NCBI GenBank assembly: GCA_964433995.1
Contig: CAYSTH010000001.1
Coordinates: 1 to 61,605 of the forward strand
From: an uncultured Francisellaceae bacterium
GTDB taxonomy: Bacteria > Pseudomonadota > Gammaproteobacteria > Berkiellales > Berkiellaceae
Reading direction: 5' to 3'
DNA: 61,605 bases
In this document: positions 53,519-61,605 of the stretch, in pieces
Layout: each line of letters opens with the position of its first letter
Numbering within the stretch: the first letter of the stretch is position 1
The notes under the pieces: generated by a model
Told to the model about the DNA's origin: nothing
What the model saw: only the letters and a program-made list of their open reading frames with translations
Database searches by the model: none
Program-made: the position numbers and the translations under genes

Positions 53519-56125
53519 TTAATGATGACGCAAATCATCTTTTCCCTCTATTTTTTTACCGTCTTCGCCTTTTTTTGCCTCTGATACATTTTTATCTGCA
53601 CCTGCTGCTGGTACTTCTGCATCGGGCGGTGTCGGTAATGGCTCAGGAAGTCGAGAAAGTGCTAATTCTAAAACTTCGTCTATCCATTTCACACAATGAA
53701 TATGTAAGTCATGTTGCACATTTTCCGGAATGTCTTTGAGATCTCTGCGATTTTCTTCAGGAATCACCACATTCTTAATTCCAGCTCTTCTTGCTGCCAA
53801 TAATTTTTCTTTCAAACCACCTATAGGAAGCACTTCGCCCCTAAGGGTAATTTCGCCTGTCATAGCAACATCAGAACGAACAGGAATACCTGTGAGAGCC
53901 GAAACCAGTGCTGTAGCCATACCGATACCTGCGCTAGGGCCATCTTTAGGCGTTGCCCCTTCAGGCACATGCACATGGATATCTTTTTTCTCATAAAAAT
54001 CTTTGGCAATACCTAAGCTATTTGCTCTGCTTCTCACAACGGTAAGTGCTGCTTGAATAGATTCTTGCATCACTTCACCCAGTGAGCCAGTTCGAGTCAC
54101 TTTGCCTTTGCCGTCTACTGCAATGGCTTCTATCGTGAGAATTTCACCACCGACTTCTGTCCAAGCCAAACCAGTTACCTGGCCAACCCTATCATTTTCT
54201 TCTGCACGACCAAAACGATATTTTCTGACACCTAAATAATACTCAAGCATCTCAGGTGTCACATTCACACCATGTGGATCTAATGCTGACATAACAGGCT
54301 CTTGAACCTGATTGGTTTCAGGCACAACCCCTGCTGTTTCACCGTCACTGTCAGATGTTGCCACTTCTACTTCTGGCTCTTCTTCTATGATTTCGATTTT
54401 GCTAGATTTGATTGCTTTAATCACATTAGGTTCTGACGAATCTTTTGATTTAGCCGCTTCAATATCTTTGGCTAGCAATAAATCTTTAACCACCTTACGA
54501 CAAATTTTAGAAATTTCTCTATCTAAACTACGTACACCAGATTCACGACTGTAATATCGAATAATATCTAAAATCGCTTCGTCCGAAATGATGACCTCAT
54601 TCGGCAACAGACCATTATTTTTACGTTGTTTAGGGATTAAATATTTCTTTGCAATATTGAGTTTTTCGTCTTCTGTATATCCAGCTAAACGAATAACTTC
54701 CATTCTATCTAGTAAGGGCGGAGGAATATTTAAAGAATTTGCTGTCGCCACAAACATAATGTCTGACAAATCGTAATCGACTTCTAAATAATGATCGTTA
54801 AAAGCTGTGTTCTGCTCTGGATCTAACACTTCGAGCATAGCAGAAGCCGGATCGCCTCTAAAATCACTGCTCATTTTGTCAATTTCGTCTAACAAAAATA
54901 AAGGATTTTTCACCCCAGCTTTAGAGAGCTTTTGTAAAATTTTGCCAGGCATAGAGCCAATGTAGGTACGACGATGCCCGCGTATTTCTGCCTCATCTCT
55001 TACCCCACCTAAAGACATTCTCACAAATATACGCTGCGTTGCTCTGGCGATAGATTGACCTAAAGAGGTTTTACCTACTCCAGGAGGTCCGACCAAGCAC
55101 AAAATGGGGCCTTTTATTTTCTTCACCCGTTTTTGAACAGCAAGATATTCTAAGATTCGTTCTTTTACTTTATCTAAGCCGTAATGATCCGCATCTAATA
55201 TTTCTTCTGCTTGTTTGAGATCTAGGCTTACTTTAGATTTTTTCTTCCAAGGAACCGATAGCATCCAATCGATATAATTTCTTGAAACAGTTGCCTCAGC
55301 AGACATGGGCGCCATCATCTTAAGCTTATTGAGTTCGGCCAAGGTTTTTTGCTTGGCTTCGGCACTCATTCCCGCTTCTTCAATTTTTTTGCGAAGATCT
55401 TCACCTTCGTTAGCTTCGTGACCTAATTCTTCTTGAATGGCTTTCATTTGCTCATTGAGATAATACTCTCGCTGAGATTTTTCCATCTGTTTTTTAACAT
55501 TTGTTTTAATGCGTTGTTCCATTTGCATTAAATCAATTTCAGATTCCATCAACGCCATGAGTTTTTCCATGCGCGCAGTTAAATCAACCAGCTCTAGAAC
55601 CGACTGTTTATCAGGAATTTTCAAAGACATATGCGCAGCAATCGTATCGGCTAAACGGCCTGGGTCTTCGATACCAGCAACAGATGTAATAATTTCGGGA
55701 GGAATTTTTTTATTGAGTTTGACATAGCGCTCAAACTGAGACAAAACCGTACGAATCAATACAGTACTTTCATTTTCACCTAGTTCTGATGATTCAATAA
55801 TATCAGCACTAACTAAAAAATAGGGGTCTGTTTCTAGAAATTCTGTAATTTTACCGCGTTTAATACCCTCTACGAGTACTTTTACTGTGCCATCGGGTAA
55901 TTTAAGCAACTGCAAAATGGTGGCGACGGCCCCAACATCGAAAATATCTTTGTCTGTTGGGTTATCTTGTGTTGGTTCTTTTTGTGCGACCAGCATAATT
56001 TGCTTTTCAGCAGTGTTCATTGCCGCTTCGAGACCTTTAATCGACTTCTCTCGGCCAACAAACAAGGGAATAACCATATGCGGAAAAACAACCACGTCTC
56101 TCAGTGGTAATACTGGAATGTTCAT
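53519..56125 (-). CDS. lon: ATP-dependent Lon protease
   Basis: I trimmed to [17 protein letters not shown]. It has Walker [10 protein letters not shown], Walker [10 protein letters not shown], protease Ser PKDGPSAGI, an acidic insertion between the AAA+ and protease domains, and a C-terminal extension. Confidence 0.93.
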   Translation of the reverse strand: MNIPVLPLRDVVVFPHMVIPLFVGREKSIKGLEAAMNTAEKQIMLVAQKEPTQDNPTDKDIFDVGAVATILQLLKLPDGTVKVLVEGIKRGKITEFLETDPYFLVSADIIESSELGENESTVLIRTVLSQFERYVKLNKKIPPEIITSVAGIEDPGRLADTIAAHMSLKIPDKQSVLELVDLTARMEKLMALMESEIDLMQMEQRIKTNVKKQMEKSQREYYLNEQMKAIQEELGHEANEGEDLRKKIEEAGMSAEAKQKTLAELNKLKMMAPMSAEATVSRNYIDWMLSVPWKKKSKVSLDLKQAEEILDADHYGLDKVKERILEYLAVQKRVKKIKGPILCLVGPPGVGKTSLGQSIARATQRIFVRMSLGGVRDEAEIRGHRRTYIGSMPGKILQKLSKAGVKNPLFLLDEIDKMSSDFRGDPASAMLEVLDPEQNTAFNDHYLEVDYDLSDIMFVATANSLNIPPPLLDRMEVIRLAGYTEDEKLNIAKKYLIPKQRKNNGLLPNEVIISDEAILDIIRYYSRESGVRSLDREISKICRKVVKDLLLAKDIEAAKSKDSSEPNVIKAIKSSKIEIIEEEPEVEVATSDSDGETAGVVPETNQVQEPVMSALDPHGVNVTPEMLEYYLGVRKYRFGRAEENDRVGQVTGLAWTEVGGEILTIEAIAVDGKGKVTRTGSLGEVMQESIQAALTVVRSRANSLGIAKDFYEKKDIHVHVPEGATPKDGPSAGIGMATALVSALTGIPVRSDVAMTGEITLRGEVLPIGGLKEKLLAARRAGIKNVVIPEENRRDLKDIPENVQHDLHIHCVKWIDEVLELALSRLPEPLPTPPDAEVPAAGADKNVSEAKKGEDGKKIEGKDDLRHH

Positions 56126-56202
56126 GGTGACAAGTTCCATAGCTATCCCTCAATGATAAAAGCTAATATTGACACCCTCAAGCCTAAGAACGAACCTAAA
56201 AG

Positions 56203-56231
56203 TGTCATGCCAGCGGAAGGCTGGCATCCAG
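56203..56231. repeat. Third copy of the tgtcatgccagcg(g)aaggctggcatccag REP-like element
   Basis: Single copy with a 1-nt indel relative to the 24.05-kb pair, located in the lon-clpX intergenic DNA. Confidence 0.8.
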
Positions 56232-56256
56232 AAAAAATTATGACAGCTTACACACC

Positions 56257-57546
56257 CTACCCTTCACCTTCTTTGGTTTTGAGGGGTTTATCAGGGTTGT
56301 GATAAATAAGCAGTGGTTCAGATTCACCTTTAATGAGACTTTCATCAATCACCACTTTACTTACCCCTTCTAGCGAAGGCAGTTTATACATGGTGTCTAA
56401 TAAAACATTTTCAAGTATAGAGCGTAAACCTCTTGCACCTGTTTTACGTTGCATTGCTTTTTTAGCTACAGCACGAATCGCTTCTTTTCTAAATTCGAGT
56501 TCAACCCCTTCCATCTCAAATAATTTTGCATATTGTTTGGTCAGGGCATTTTTGGGTTCAACTAAAATATTCAGTAAAGCAGCTTCGTCTAATTCTTCTA
56601 GTACGGCAACGACTGGCAAACGTCCAATAAATTCTGGGATCAGTCCGTATTTAATTAAATCTTCAGGTTCTACATGTTTGAGTAATTCGCTGTTTGCTTT
56701 TCTGTCTTCTTTGCTTTTTACATCGGCAGAAAAACCAATACCCGTTTTATCGGTTCTGTCACGAATGACTTTTTCTAAACCAGCAAAAGCACCACCACAA
56801 ATAAATAACATGCGAGAAGTGTTCACTTGCAAAAATTCTTGTTGTGGATGTTTGCGGCCACCTTGTGGTGGAACAGAAGCAACTGTACCTTCTATTAACT
56901 TCAATAAAGCCTGTTGAACACCTTCACCCGATACATCTCGAGTAATAGAAGGGTTTTCAGATTTACGTGAAATTTTGTCAATTTCATCGATGTAAACAAT
57001 ACCGGTTTGTGCTTTTTCGATATCGTAATCGCATTTTTGCAATAATTTTTGAATAATATTTTCGACATCTTCACCCACATAACCTGCTTCGGTTAATGTG
57101 GTCGCATCGGCAATCGTAAATGGCACATCTAACAATCTGGCTAATGTTTCTGCTAACAGCGTTTTACCAGAACCTGTTGGGCCAATTAACAAAATATTAC
57201 TTTTGCCTAATTCAATATCATCTGTTTTTAGATTACTGCGTAAACGTTTATAGTGATTATACACGGCAACAGAAAGGATTTTCTTAGCTTGAGACTGCCC
57301 TACAACATATTCATCTAGAATAGTGTGTATTTCTTTGGGTGTAGGTAAATGTGATTTTTGGCTGATCTCTGATGTTTCATCGACTTCTTCACGAATGATA
57401 TCGTTACATAAATCAACACATTCATCACAAATGAATACAGAAGGACCTGCAATTAACTTACGGACTTCATGTTGGCTTTTACCGCAAAATGAACAATAAA
57501 GGAGCTTTCCGCCCTCTGAACCTTTTCCGCCCGATTTAGTACTCAT
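56257..57546 (-). CDS. clpX: ATP-dependent Clp protease ATP-binding subunit ClpX
   Basis: 429-aa ORF with a zinc-binding N-domain (CSFCGK...CDEC), Walker A GPTGSGKT and Walker [10 protein letters not shown]. Confidence 0.95.
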   Translation of the reverse strand: MSTKSGGKGSEGGKLLYCSFCGKSQHEVRKLIAGPSVFICDECVDLCNDIIREEVDETSEISQKSHLPTPKEIHTILDEYVVGQSQAKKILSVAVYNHYKRLRSNLKTDDIELGKSNILLIGPTGSGKTLLAETLARLLDVPFTIADATTLTEAGYVGEDVENIIQKLLQKCDYDIEKAQTGIVYIDEIDKISRKSENPSITRDVSGEGVQQALLKLIEGTVASVPPQGGRKHPQQEFLQVNTSRMLFICGGAFAGLEKVIRDRTDKTGIGFSADVKSKEDRKANSELLKHVEPEDLIKYGLIPEFIGRLPVVAVLEELDEAALLNILVEPKNALTKQYAKLFEMEGVELEFRKEAIRAVAKKAMQRKTGARGLRSILENVLLDTMYKLPSLEGVSKVVIDESLIKGESEPLLIYHNPDKPLKTKEGEG

Positions 57547-57696
57547 GTATGTACCCCTACTTAATACCGCTTTTTAATATCTGCTTTCTCTGTTCTATTT
57601 TACTATACCAAACTTATGCTCAGTATGAAGCAGATTAATCGCATCACTCAATATACTTTAGTTTTAACGGCCAGAGGCCAAAAACTTAATGACTGA

Positions 57697-58341
57697 TCAT
57701 GTGGAGGCTGGTTTGTTCAAATTCAAGTCTCTACGAGTAATCACCGTATCGATTAGACCATATTTCATGGCTTCGTCAGCGCTCATAAAGTTATCTCTAT
57801 CTGAATCAGCTGCCACTGTATCAACTGGTTGACCAGTGTGCTCAGCTAATAAAGTATTCAGGGTATCTTTAATTTTTAAAATTTCTTTGGCATGAATGGC
57901 AATGTCACTCGCCTGACCTTGATATCCACCCAAAGGTTGATGAATCATTACACGTGAATTAGGCAAAGCATGACGCTTACCTTTGGTTCCCGCGCTCAAT
58001 AAAAACGCCCCCATACTGGCCGCTTGACCAATACAAAGTGTGCTGACATCAGGCTTAATAAATTTCATGGTGTCATAAATCGCCATGCCTGCTGTCACCG
58101 AGCCACCTGGTGAATTGATATATAAATAAATATCTTTATCTGGATTTTCTGATTCTAAAAAAAGCATCTGGGCAACAATCAGATTCGCACTGTAATCTTC
58201 AACCGGACCAACTAAGAATATGACACGCTCTTTTAATAAACGAGAATAAATATCATAAGCTCTTTCGCCTCGTGAAGATTGTTCTACAACCATTGGCACG
58301 AGGGTTGAATTGGTAATTTGGTTATCTAAAATATTTCTCAT
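57697..58341 (-). CDS. clpP: ATP-dependent Clp protease proteolytic subunit ClpP
   Basis: 214-aa ORF with the catalytic context [15 protein letters not shown] and a [12 protein letters not shown] start. Confidence 0.95.
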   Translation of the reverse strand: MRNILDNQITNSTLVPMVVEQSSRGERAYDIYSRLLKERVIFLVGPVEDYSANLIVAQMLFLESENPDKDIYLYINSPGGSVTAGMAIYDTMKFIKPDVSTLCIGQAASMGAFLLSAGTKGKRHALPNSRVMIHQPLGGYQGQASDIAIHAKEILKIKDTLNTLLAEHTGQPVDTVAADSDRDNFMSADEAMKYGLIDTVITRRDLNLNKPAST

Positions 58342-58395
58342 GATTACTCTCTCTGTAATATGCCCAGTAACATCCTGTTAAGAACCGTTACTCCA

Positions 58396-59700
58396 TCATG
58401 ACATGACGGCGTCAAAACTGACAGGGGTTTCTTTCACTTTTAATTGTTTTAATAAGCAGCTAACCGTTTCATCTAATAACGCTTTTCTTTCTAAGCCTGC
58501 TCTTAAATTTTGGTTAGAAAGATAGTATTGTAAAAACTGATCAGCGCTAGCACCAAAATTTTTAGCTAGTTTTTGAGCTTCTTCACGAACTTTTTCTTGC
58601 GTAATGGTGATTTGATTCACTTCAACAATTTTATTGATCAACAAACCAAGCATCACACGCTTTTCAGCCATGTCTTGTAATTCTGCGTCTTCTGGAAAAT
58701 GAACATGTTCACCATTTTTTAAACGTTGTTCAAATTCTTTTAGAACATTTAATTTTTCTTGATCGACCATCACATTAGGCAAGGTAAATTTATTTTTTTC
58801 GATTAAAAGCTCTAATACTTTTTCTTTTACTTCTTCTGTTAAGGTTTCTTGTAATTCTGAGGTTAAACGCTCAGTGATTTTTTGCTTTAGATTAGCAATC
58901 AGATCTTCGCCTTCTTTTACTTCGATGCGAATTTTATTCGCCAAAGCTTCGTCGGTCATAGGCTGTTGTTCTAAAACTTGATGAATTTCTATTTTGATTT
59001 CGACTTCTAGGCCTGCATCGTGTTCATCTTTCCAATCTTTAGGATAAGCTAATTTAAGTTCAACCTTGCTGCCTTCAGATTTGCCTACTAAACCTTCAAC
59101 TAATCCTGGGATCATGCCTTCGGATTTTAAAATAAGATTCACATTTTTTTGTTCAAATGGCTCTGGGTGTTTGCCATCTAGTAATTGACGTGAAATATCG
59201 ACAAGTAGTTTATCGCCATTTTTAGCGGCTCTTTCGACTTTAGTCCAATCACAATACTGTAACTTCATTTTTTCAATCATGTTGCTGACATCTTTATCTG
59301 TCACTTCTGCAACACGTTTTTCGAATTCGATTTGAGATAAATCAACTAAATTAATTTCAGGTAAGATTTCTAAACTAGCCACAAATTCTAATGTTTCGTT
59401 TTCATCTAGAATTTTTTCGATAGTCGGCACGCCAGCTGGGTTAATTCCTTCGGCTGTTAGTGCTTTAGGGAAATTGTCTTTGATTAATTCTTCAATCACT
59501 TCTGAACGAACTTGTGGGCCAAACTTTTTCACGATAGTTGCCACAGGCACTTTACCTGGACGGAACCCTTTTAGGTTCATCTTTTTGCTGAGTTCGTTAA
59601 CTTTTGAGTTGAATTTACTATTCACCCCTGCATCTGGAATTTGAATCGTCACTCGACGGCCTAATTCACTCGTTGTTTCCACAGACACTTGCATAGACAT
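58396..59700 (-). CDS. tig: Trigger factor
   Basis: I trimmed to the ATG at 59700 (GAGAGGA SD 6 nt upstream). It begins MSMQVSVETTSELGRRVTIQIP and contains GFRPGKVP. Conserved tig-clpP-clpX-lon order. Confidence 0.93.
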   Translation of the reverse strand: MSMQVSVETTSELGRRVTIQIPDAGVNSKFNSKVNELSKKMNLKGFRPGKVPVATIVKKFGPQVRSEVIEELIKDNFPKALTAEGINPAGVPTIEKILDENETLEFVASLEILPEINLVDLSQIEFEKRVAEVTDKDVSNMIEKMKLQYCDWTKVERAAKNGDKLLVDISRQLLDGKHPEPFEQKNVNLILKSEGMIPGLVEGLVGKSEGSKVELKLAYPKDWKDEHDAGLEVEIKIEIHQVLEQQPMTDEALANKIRIEVKEGEDLIANLKQKITERLTSELQETLTEEVKEKVLELLIEKNKFTLPNVMVDQEKLNVLKEFEQRLKNGEHVHFPEDAELQDMAEKRVMLGLLINKIVEVNQITITQEKVREEAQKLAKNFGASADQFLQYYLSNQNLRAGLERKALLDETVSCLLKQLKVKETPVSFDAVMS

Positions 59701-59745
59701 GGGAATTCCTCTCAACTCAACAGGGAAGCTAGATGTTTTTTAATA

Positions 59746-59830
59746 TGGTGCGAAAGGAGAGACTCGAACTCTCACGGGTTGCCCCGCTGGAACCTAAATC
59801 CAGTGCGTCTACCAATTTCGCCACTTTCGC
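59746..59830 (-). tRNA. tRNA-Leu (UAG)
   Basis: The 85-nt reverse complement is GCGAAAGTGGCGAAATTGGTAGACGCACTGGATTTAGGTTCCAG...CTTTCGCACCA, with a long variable arm and anticodon loop UUUAGGU. Confidence 0.93.
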
Positions 59831-59844
59831 ATATTCAATCAATT

Positions 59845-59920
<76 letters not shown>

Positions 59921-59946
59921 GACTCTAAAACCACTAATAAAGAATC

Positions 59947-60023
59947 TGGGGTGAATGATGGGGCTCGAACCCACGACAACCGGAATCACAATCCGGGGCT
60001 CTACCAACTGAGCTACATCCACC
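59947..60023 (-). tRNA. tRNA-His (GUG)
   Basis: The reverse complement is GGTGGATGTAGCTCAGTTGGTAGAGCCCCGGATTGTGATTCCGG...CATTCACCCCA. It has the extra G-1 typical of tRNA-His. Confidence 0.93.
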
Positions 60024-60029
60024 ATAATT

Positions 60030-60106
60030 TGGTGCGCCTGGCAGGACTCGAACCTGCTACCCTCGGCTTAGAAGGCCGATGCTCTATCCAAATGAGCTAC
60101 AGGCGC
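60030..60106 (-). tRNA. tRNA-Arg (UCU)
   Basis: The reverse complement is GCGCCTGTAGCTCATTTGGATAGAGCATCGGCCTTCTAAGCCGAGGGTAGCAGGTTCGAGTCCTGCCAGGCGCACCA, with anticodon loop CUUCUAA. Confidence 0.93.
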
Positions 60107-60132
60107 GAATACTATTCACATTCGACCAATTT

Positions 60133-60209
60133 TGGTCGGGGTAGAGGGATTTGAACCCCCGACATTCTGCTCCCAAAGCAGACGCGCTACCAGGCTGCGC
60201 TATACCCCG
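60133..60209 (-). tRNA. tRNA-Pro (UGG)
   Basis: The reverse complement is CGGGGTATAGCGCAGCCTGGTAGCGCGTCTGCTTTGGGAGCAGAATGTCGGGGGTTCAAATCCCTCTACCCCGACCA. Confidence 0.93.
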
Positions 60210-60264
60210 ACTGACTAAGCGGAAAGCACTTTAACAGAAAATGCTCTCACATCCAAGTCCGCAA

Positions 60265-60293
60265 ATAATACTGTTTACAAAGCCAATCGTCAA
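60265..60293 (-). promoter_or_regulatory. Sigma-70-type promoter for the tRNA Pro-Arg-His-Lys-Leu cluster
   Basis: The minus strand reads TTGACG, a 17-nt spacer, then TATTAT, followed by ttgcgg. It lies ~55 nt upstream of tRNA-Pro. Confidence 0.6.
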
Positions 60294-60377
60294 ACGCGTG
60301 CAAACACTATTTTCTCGTGCGAGAATAAAACCCGGTTATTCATTTATTATCTATTGAACTAAATACAAGGTAAGATC

Positions 60378-61268
60378 ATGACCCAACCCTGCCAGCTCTT
60401 AGACGGCAAAAAACTGGCTGAACAAATAAAGCAAAATTTAATCTTAAAAGTAAACCAAAGAATAGCGACGGGATTACCTGCTCCAGGACTTGCGGTGATT
60501 CAAGTCGGCCAAGATCCTGCTTCTAAAATTTATGTTCAAAAAAAACGTGCATTATGTCTAGAACTGGGCTTTAACAGCCGGGCATATGATTTGCCTGATA
60601 ACACGCCACAAAATGCCCTAATCGATTTAATTCATACCCTCAATAATGATACCTCGATTCATGGCATATTAGTCCAACTGCCCTTACCGGCTCATATTGC
60701 AGAACAAGCGGTTATCGAAGCGCTCTCTCCCTATAAAGACGTGGATGGATTTCATCCCTTTAATATTGGCCGACTAGCACAACGTTTACCGATTTTAAGA
60801 CCTTGTACGCCTTTTGGGATCATGCAATTATTAAACACTATCCCCTTTAATTATTATGGCGCGCATGCTGTCATTGTGGGTGCATCCAACATTGTGGGTA
60901 GACCCATGACATTAGAATTATTGCAAGCGGGTGCAACCACCACCACTTGTCACAAATTCACTCAAAATTTAAAAAGCCATGTTCAAGAAGCAGACTTATT
61001 AGTTGTTGCTGTCGGCAAACCCAATTTGATCCCAGGAGAATGGGTAAAACCAGGTGCCGTCGTCATAGATGTTGGTATTAATAGGCTGCCATCTGGCAAA
61101 GTGGTGGGTGATATCGAATTCGAAGAAGCCAAAAAAAATGCACATTACATAACCCCAGTGCCAGGAGGTGTAGGTCCAATGACGGTTGCGACCTTGATGC
61201 AAAATACGTTACTCGCAGCGGAACTCGCTGAAAAAAATCAAAATAAAACTCAAACGATAATTAAATAA
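60378..61268 (+). CDS. folD: Bifunctional methylenetetrahydrofolate dehydrogenase/cyclohydrolase
   Basis: 296-aa ORF with [55 protein letters not shown] and [13 protein letters not shown]. Confidence 0.95.
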   Translation: MTQPCQLLDGKKLAEQIKQNLILKVNQRIATGLPAPGLAVIQVGQDPASKIYVQKKRALCLELGFNSRAYDLPDNTPQNALIDLIHTLNNDTSIHGILVQLPLPAHIAEQAVIEALSPYKDVDGFHPFNIGRLAQRLPILRPCTPFGIMQLLNTIPFNYYGAHAVIVGASNIVGRPMTLELLQAGATTTTCHKFTQNLKSHVQEADLLVVAVGKPNLIPGEWVKPGAVVIDVGINRLPSGKVVGDIEFEEAKKNAHYITPVPGGVGPMTVATLMQNTLLAAELAEKNQNKTQTIIK

Positions 61269-61287
61269 ATAAAATTAGGAGTAATTT

Positions 61288-61605
61288 ATGACTCACCTAA
61301 ATGACGCTGTTGCCAAAGGCGATTTACCTGCTGTTAGAAATTTAATTGAAACCCAACGTTACAACCCTAATTATACTGGTTTTACAGGCTGGAATGACAC
61401 GCCTATTACGGTTGCCGCTAAATTCGGTCAACGTAAAGTGATGGAATACCTTATTCAAAAAGGCGCTGATGTGAATCAAAAAGGCTACTGGGGATTTACA
61501 GCTTCTGCCATAGAAACAGCGCTCATGGTGGGCAAAACACAAACGGTGGTCACCCTTTTGGTGAATAACGCTACCCTGCCAACTGAATTGCATAAAACTG
61601 ATATT
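61288..61605 (+). CDS. Ankyrin-repeat protein, 5' fragment (runs off the window)
   Basis: Not in the ORF track. ATG at 61288, 20 nt after folD and preceded by AGGAG. My translation is MTHLNDAVAKGDLPAVRNLIETQ...TPITVAAKFGQRKVMEYLIQKGADVNQKG..., open to the window end. Confidence 0.75.
   Translation, partial: MTHLNDAVAKGDLPAVRNLIETQRYNPNYTGFTGWNDTPITVAAKFGQRKVMEYLIQKGADVNQKGYWGFTASAIETALMVGKTQTVVTLLVNNATLPTELHKTDI

Noticed and set aside
53730-56156. Plus-strand ORFs inside lon (53730-53996, 54312-54554, 54588-54776, 55509-55727, 55887-56156), plus 53389-53739
   Set aside because: They are antisense shadows of a highly conserved lon gene and of the hupB-lon spacer, with Ser/Ile-rich nonsense composition.
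56333-56917. 194-aa plus-strand ORF inside clpX
   Set aside because: It is antisense to clpX, whose motifs are unambiguous. It has no start context or recognisable domain.
58342-58395. Possible sigma-32 heat-shock promoter upstream of clpP (CTTAACA ... GGGCATAT)
   Set aside because: The spacing between the two elements is only ~10-11 nt, versus the ~13-15 nt expected, and the -10 match is partial. I could not support it.
61342-61593. 83-aa minus-strand ORF at the window end
   Set aside because: It is antisense to the better supported plus-strand ankyrin ORF that starts at 61288 with an AGGAG SD.

Overview
This is a visibly AT-rich gammaproteobacterial chromosome segment that looks like an intracellular Legionellales/Coxiella-type organism (inference from gene content). 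A conserved housekeeping backbone is present: addB/addA, metNIQ, a type IV minor-pilin operon, dnaQ-rnhA, mltD, yejABEF, fabI, ppiD, hupB-lon-clpX-clpP-tig, seven tRNAs and folD. It is interrupted by small islets of eukaryote-like or effector-like genes. These are six ankyrin-repeat proteins (four with a C-terminal bipartite-NLS-like tail, two fused to a YopT-like Cys/His/Asp domain), a Hanks-type kinase fused to a P-loop domain, a cN-I-like 5'-nucleotidase, a PTP-like cysteine phytase, an acidic Ser-rich protein, and two tandem ~1050-aa paralogs with an unassigned conserved C-terminal module. The most system-like accessory locus lies at ~45.5-48.9 kb. It holds two orphan double-glycine-leader (microcin-like) peptide genes embedded in GC-rich repeats. 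Next to them is a three-gene DUF2282 precursor / DUF692 (MNIO) / DUF2063 operon, i.e. a bufferin-type RiPP cluster lacking the usual DoxX gene. Several families of GC-rich nested palindromic repeats punctuate the intergenic DNA. I saw no rRNA, CRISPR array, transposase or integrase. All family assignments come from motif recognition by eye, not from searches.
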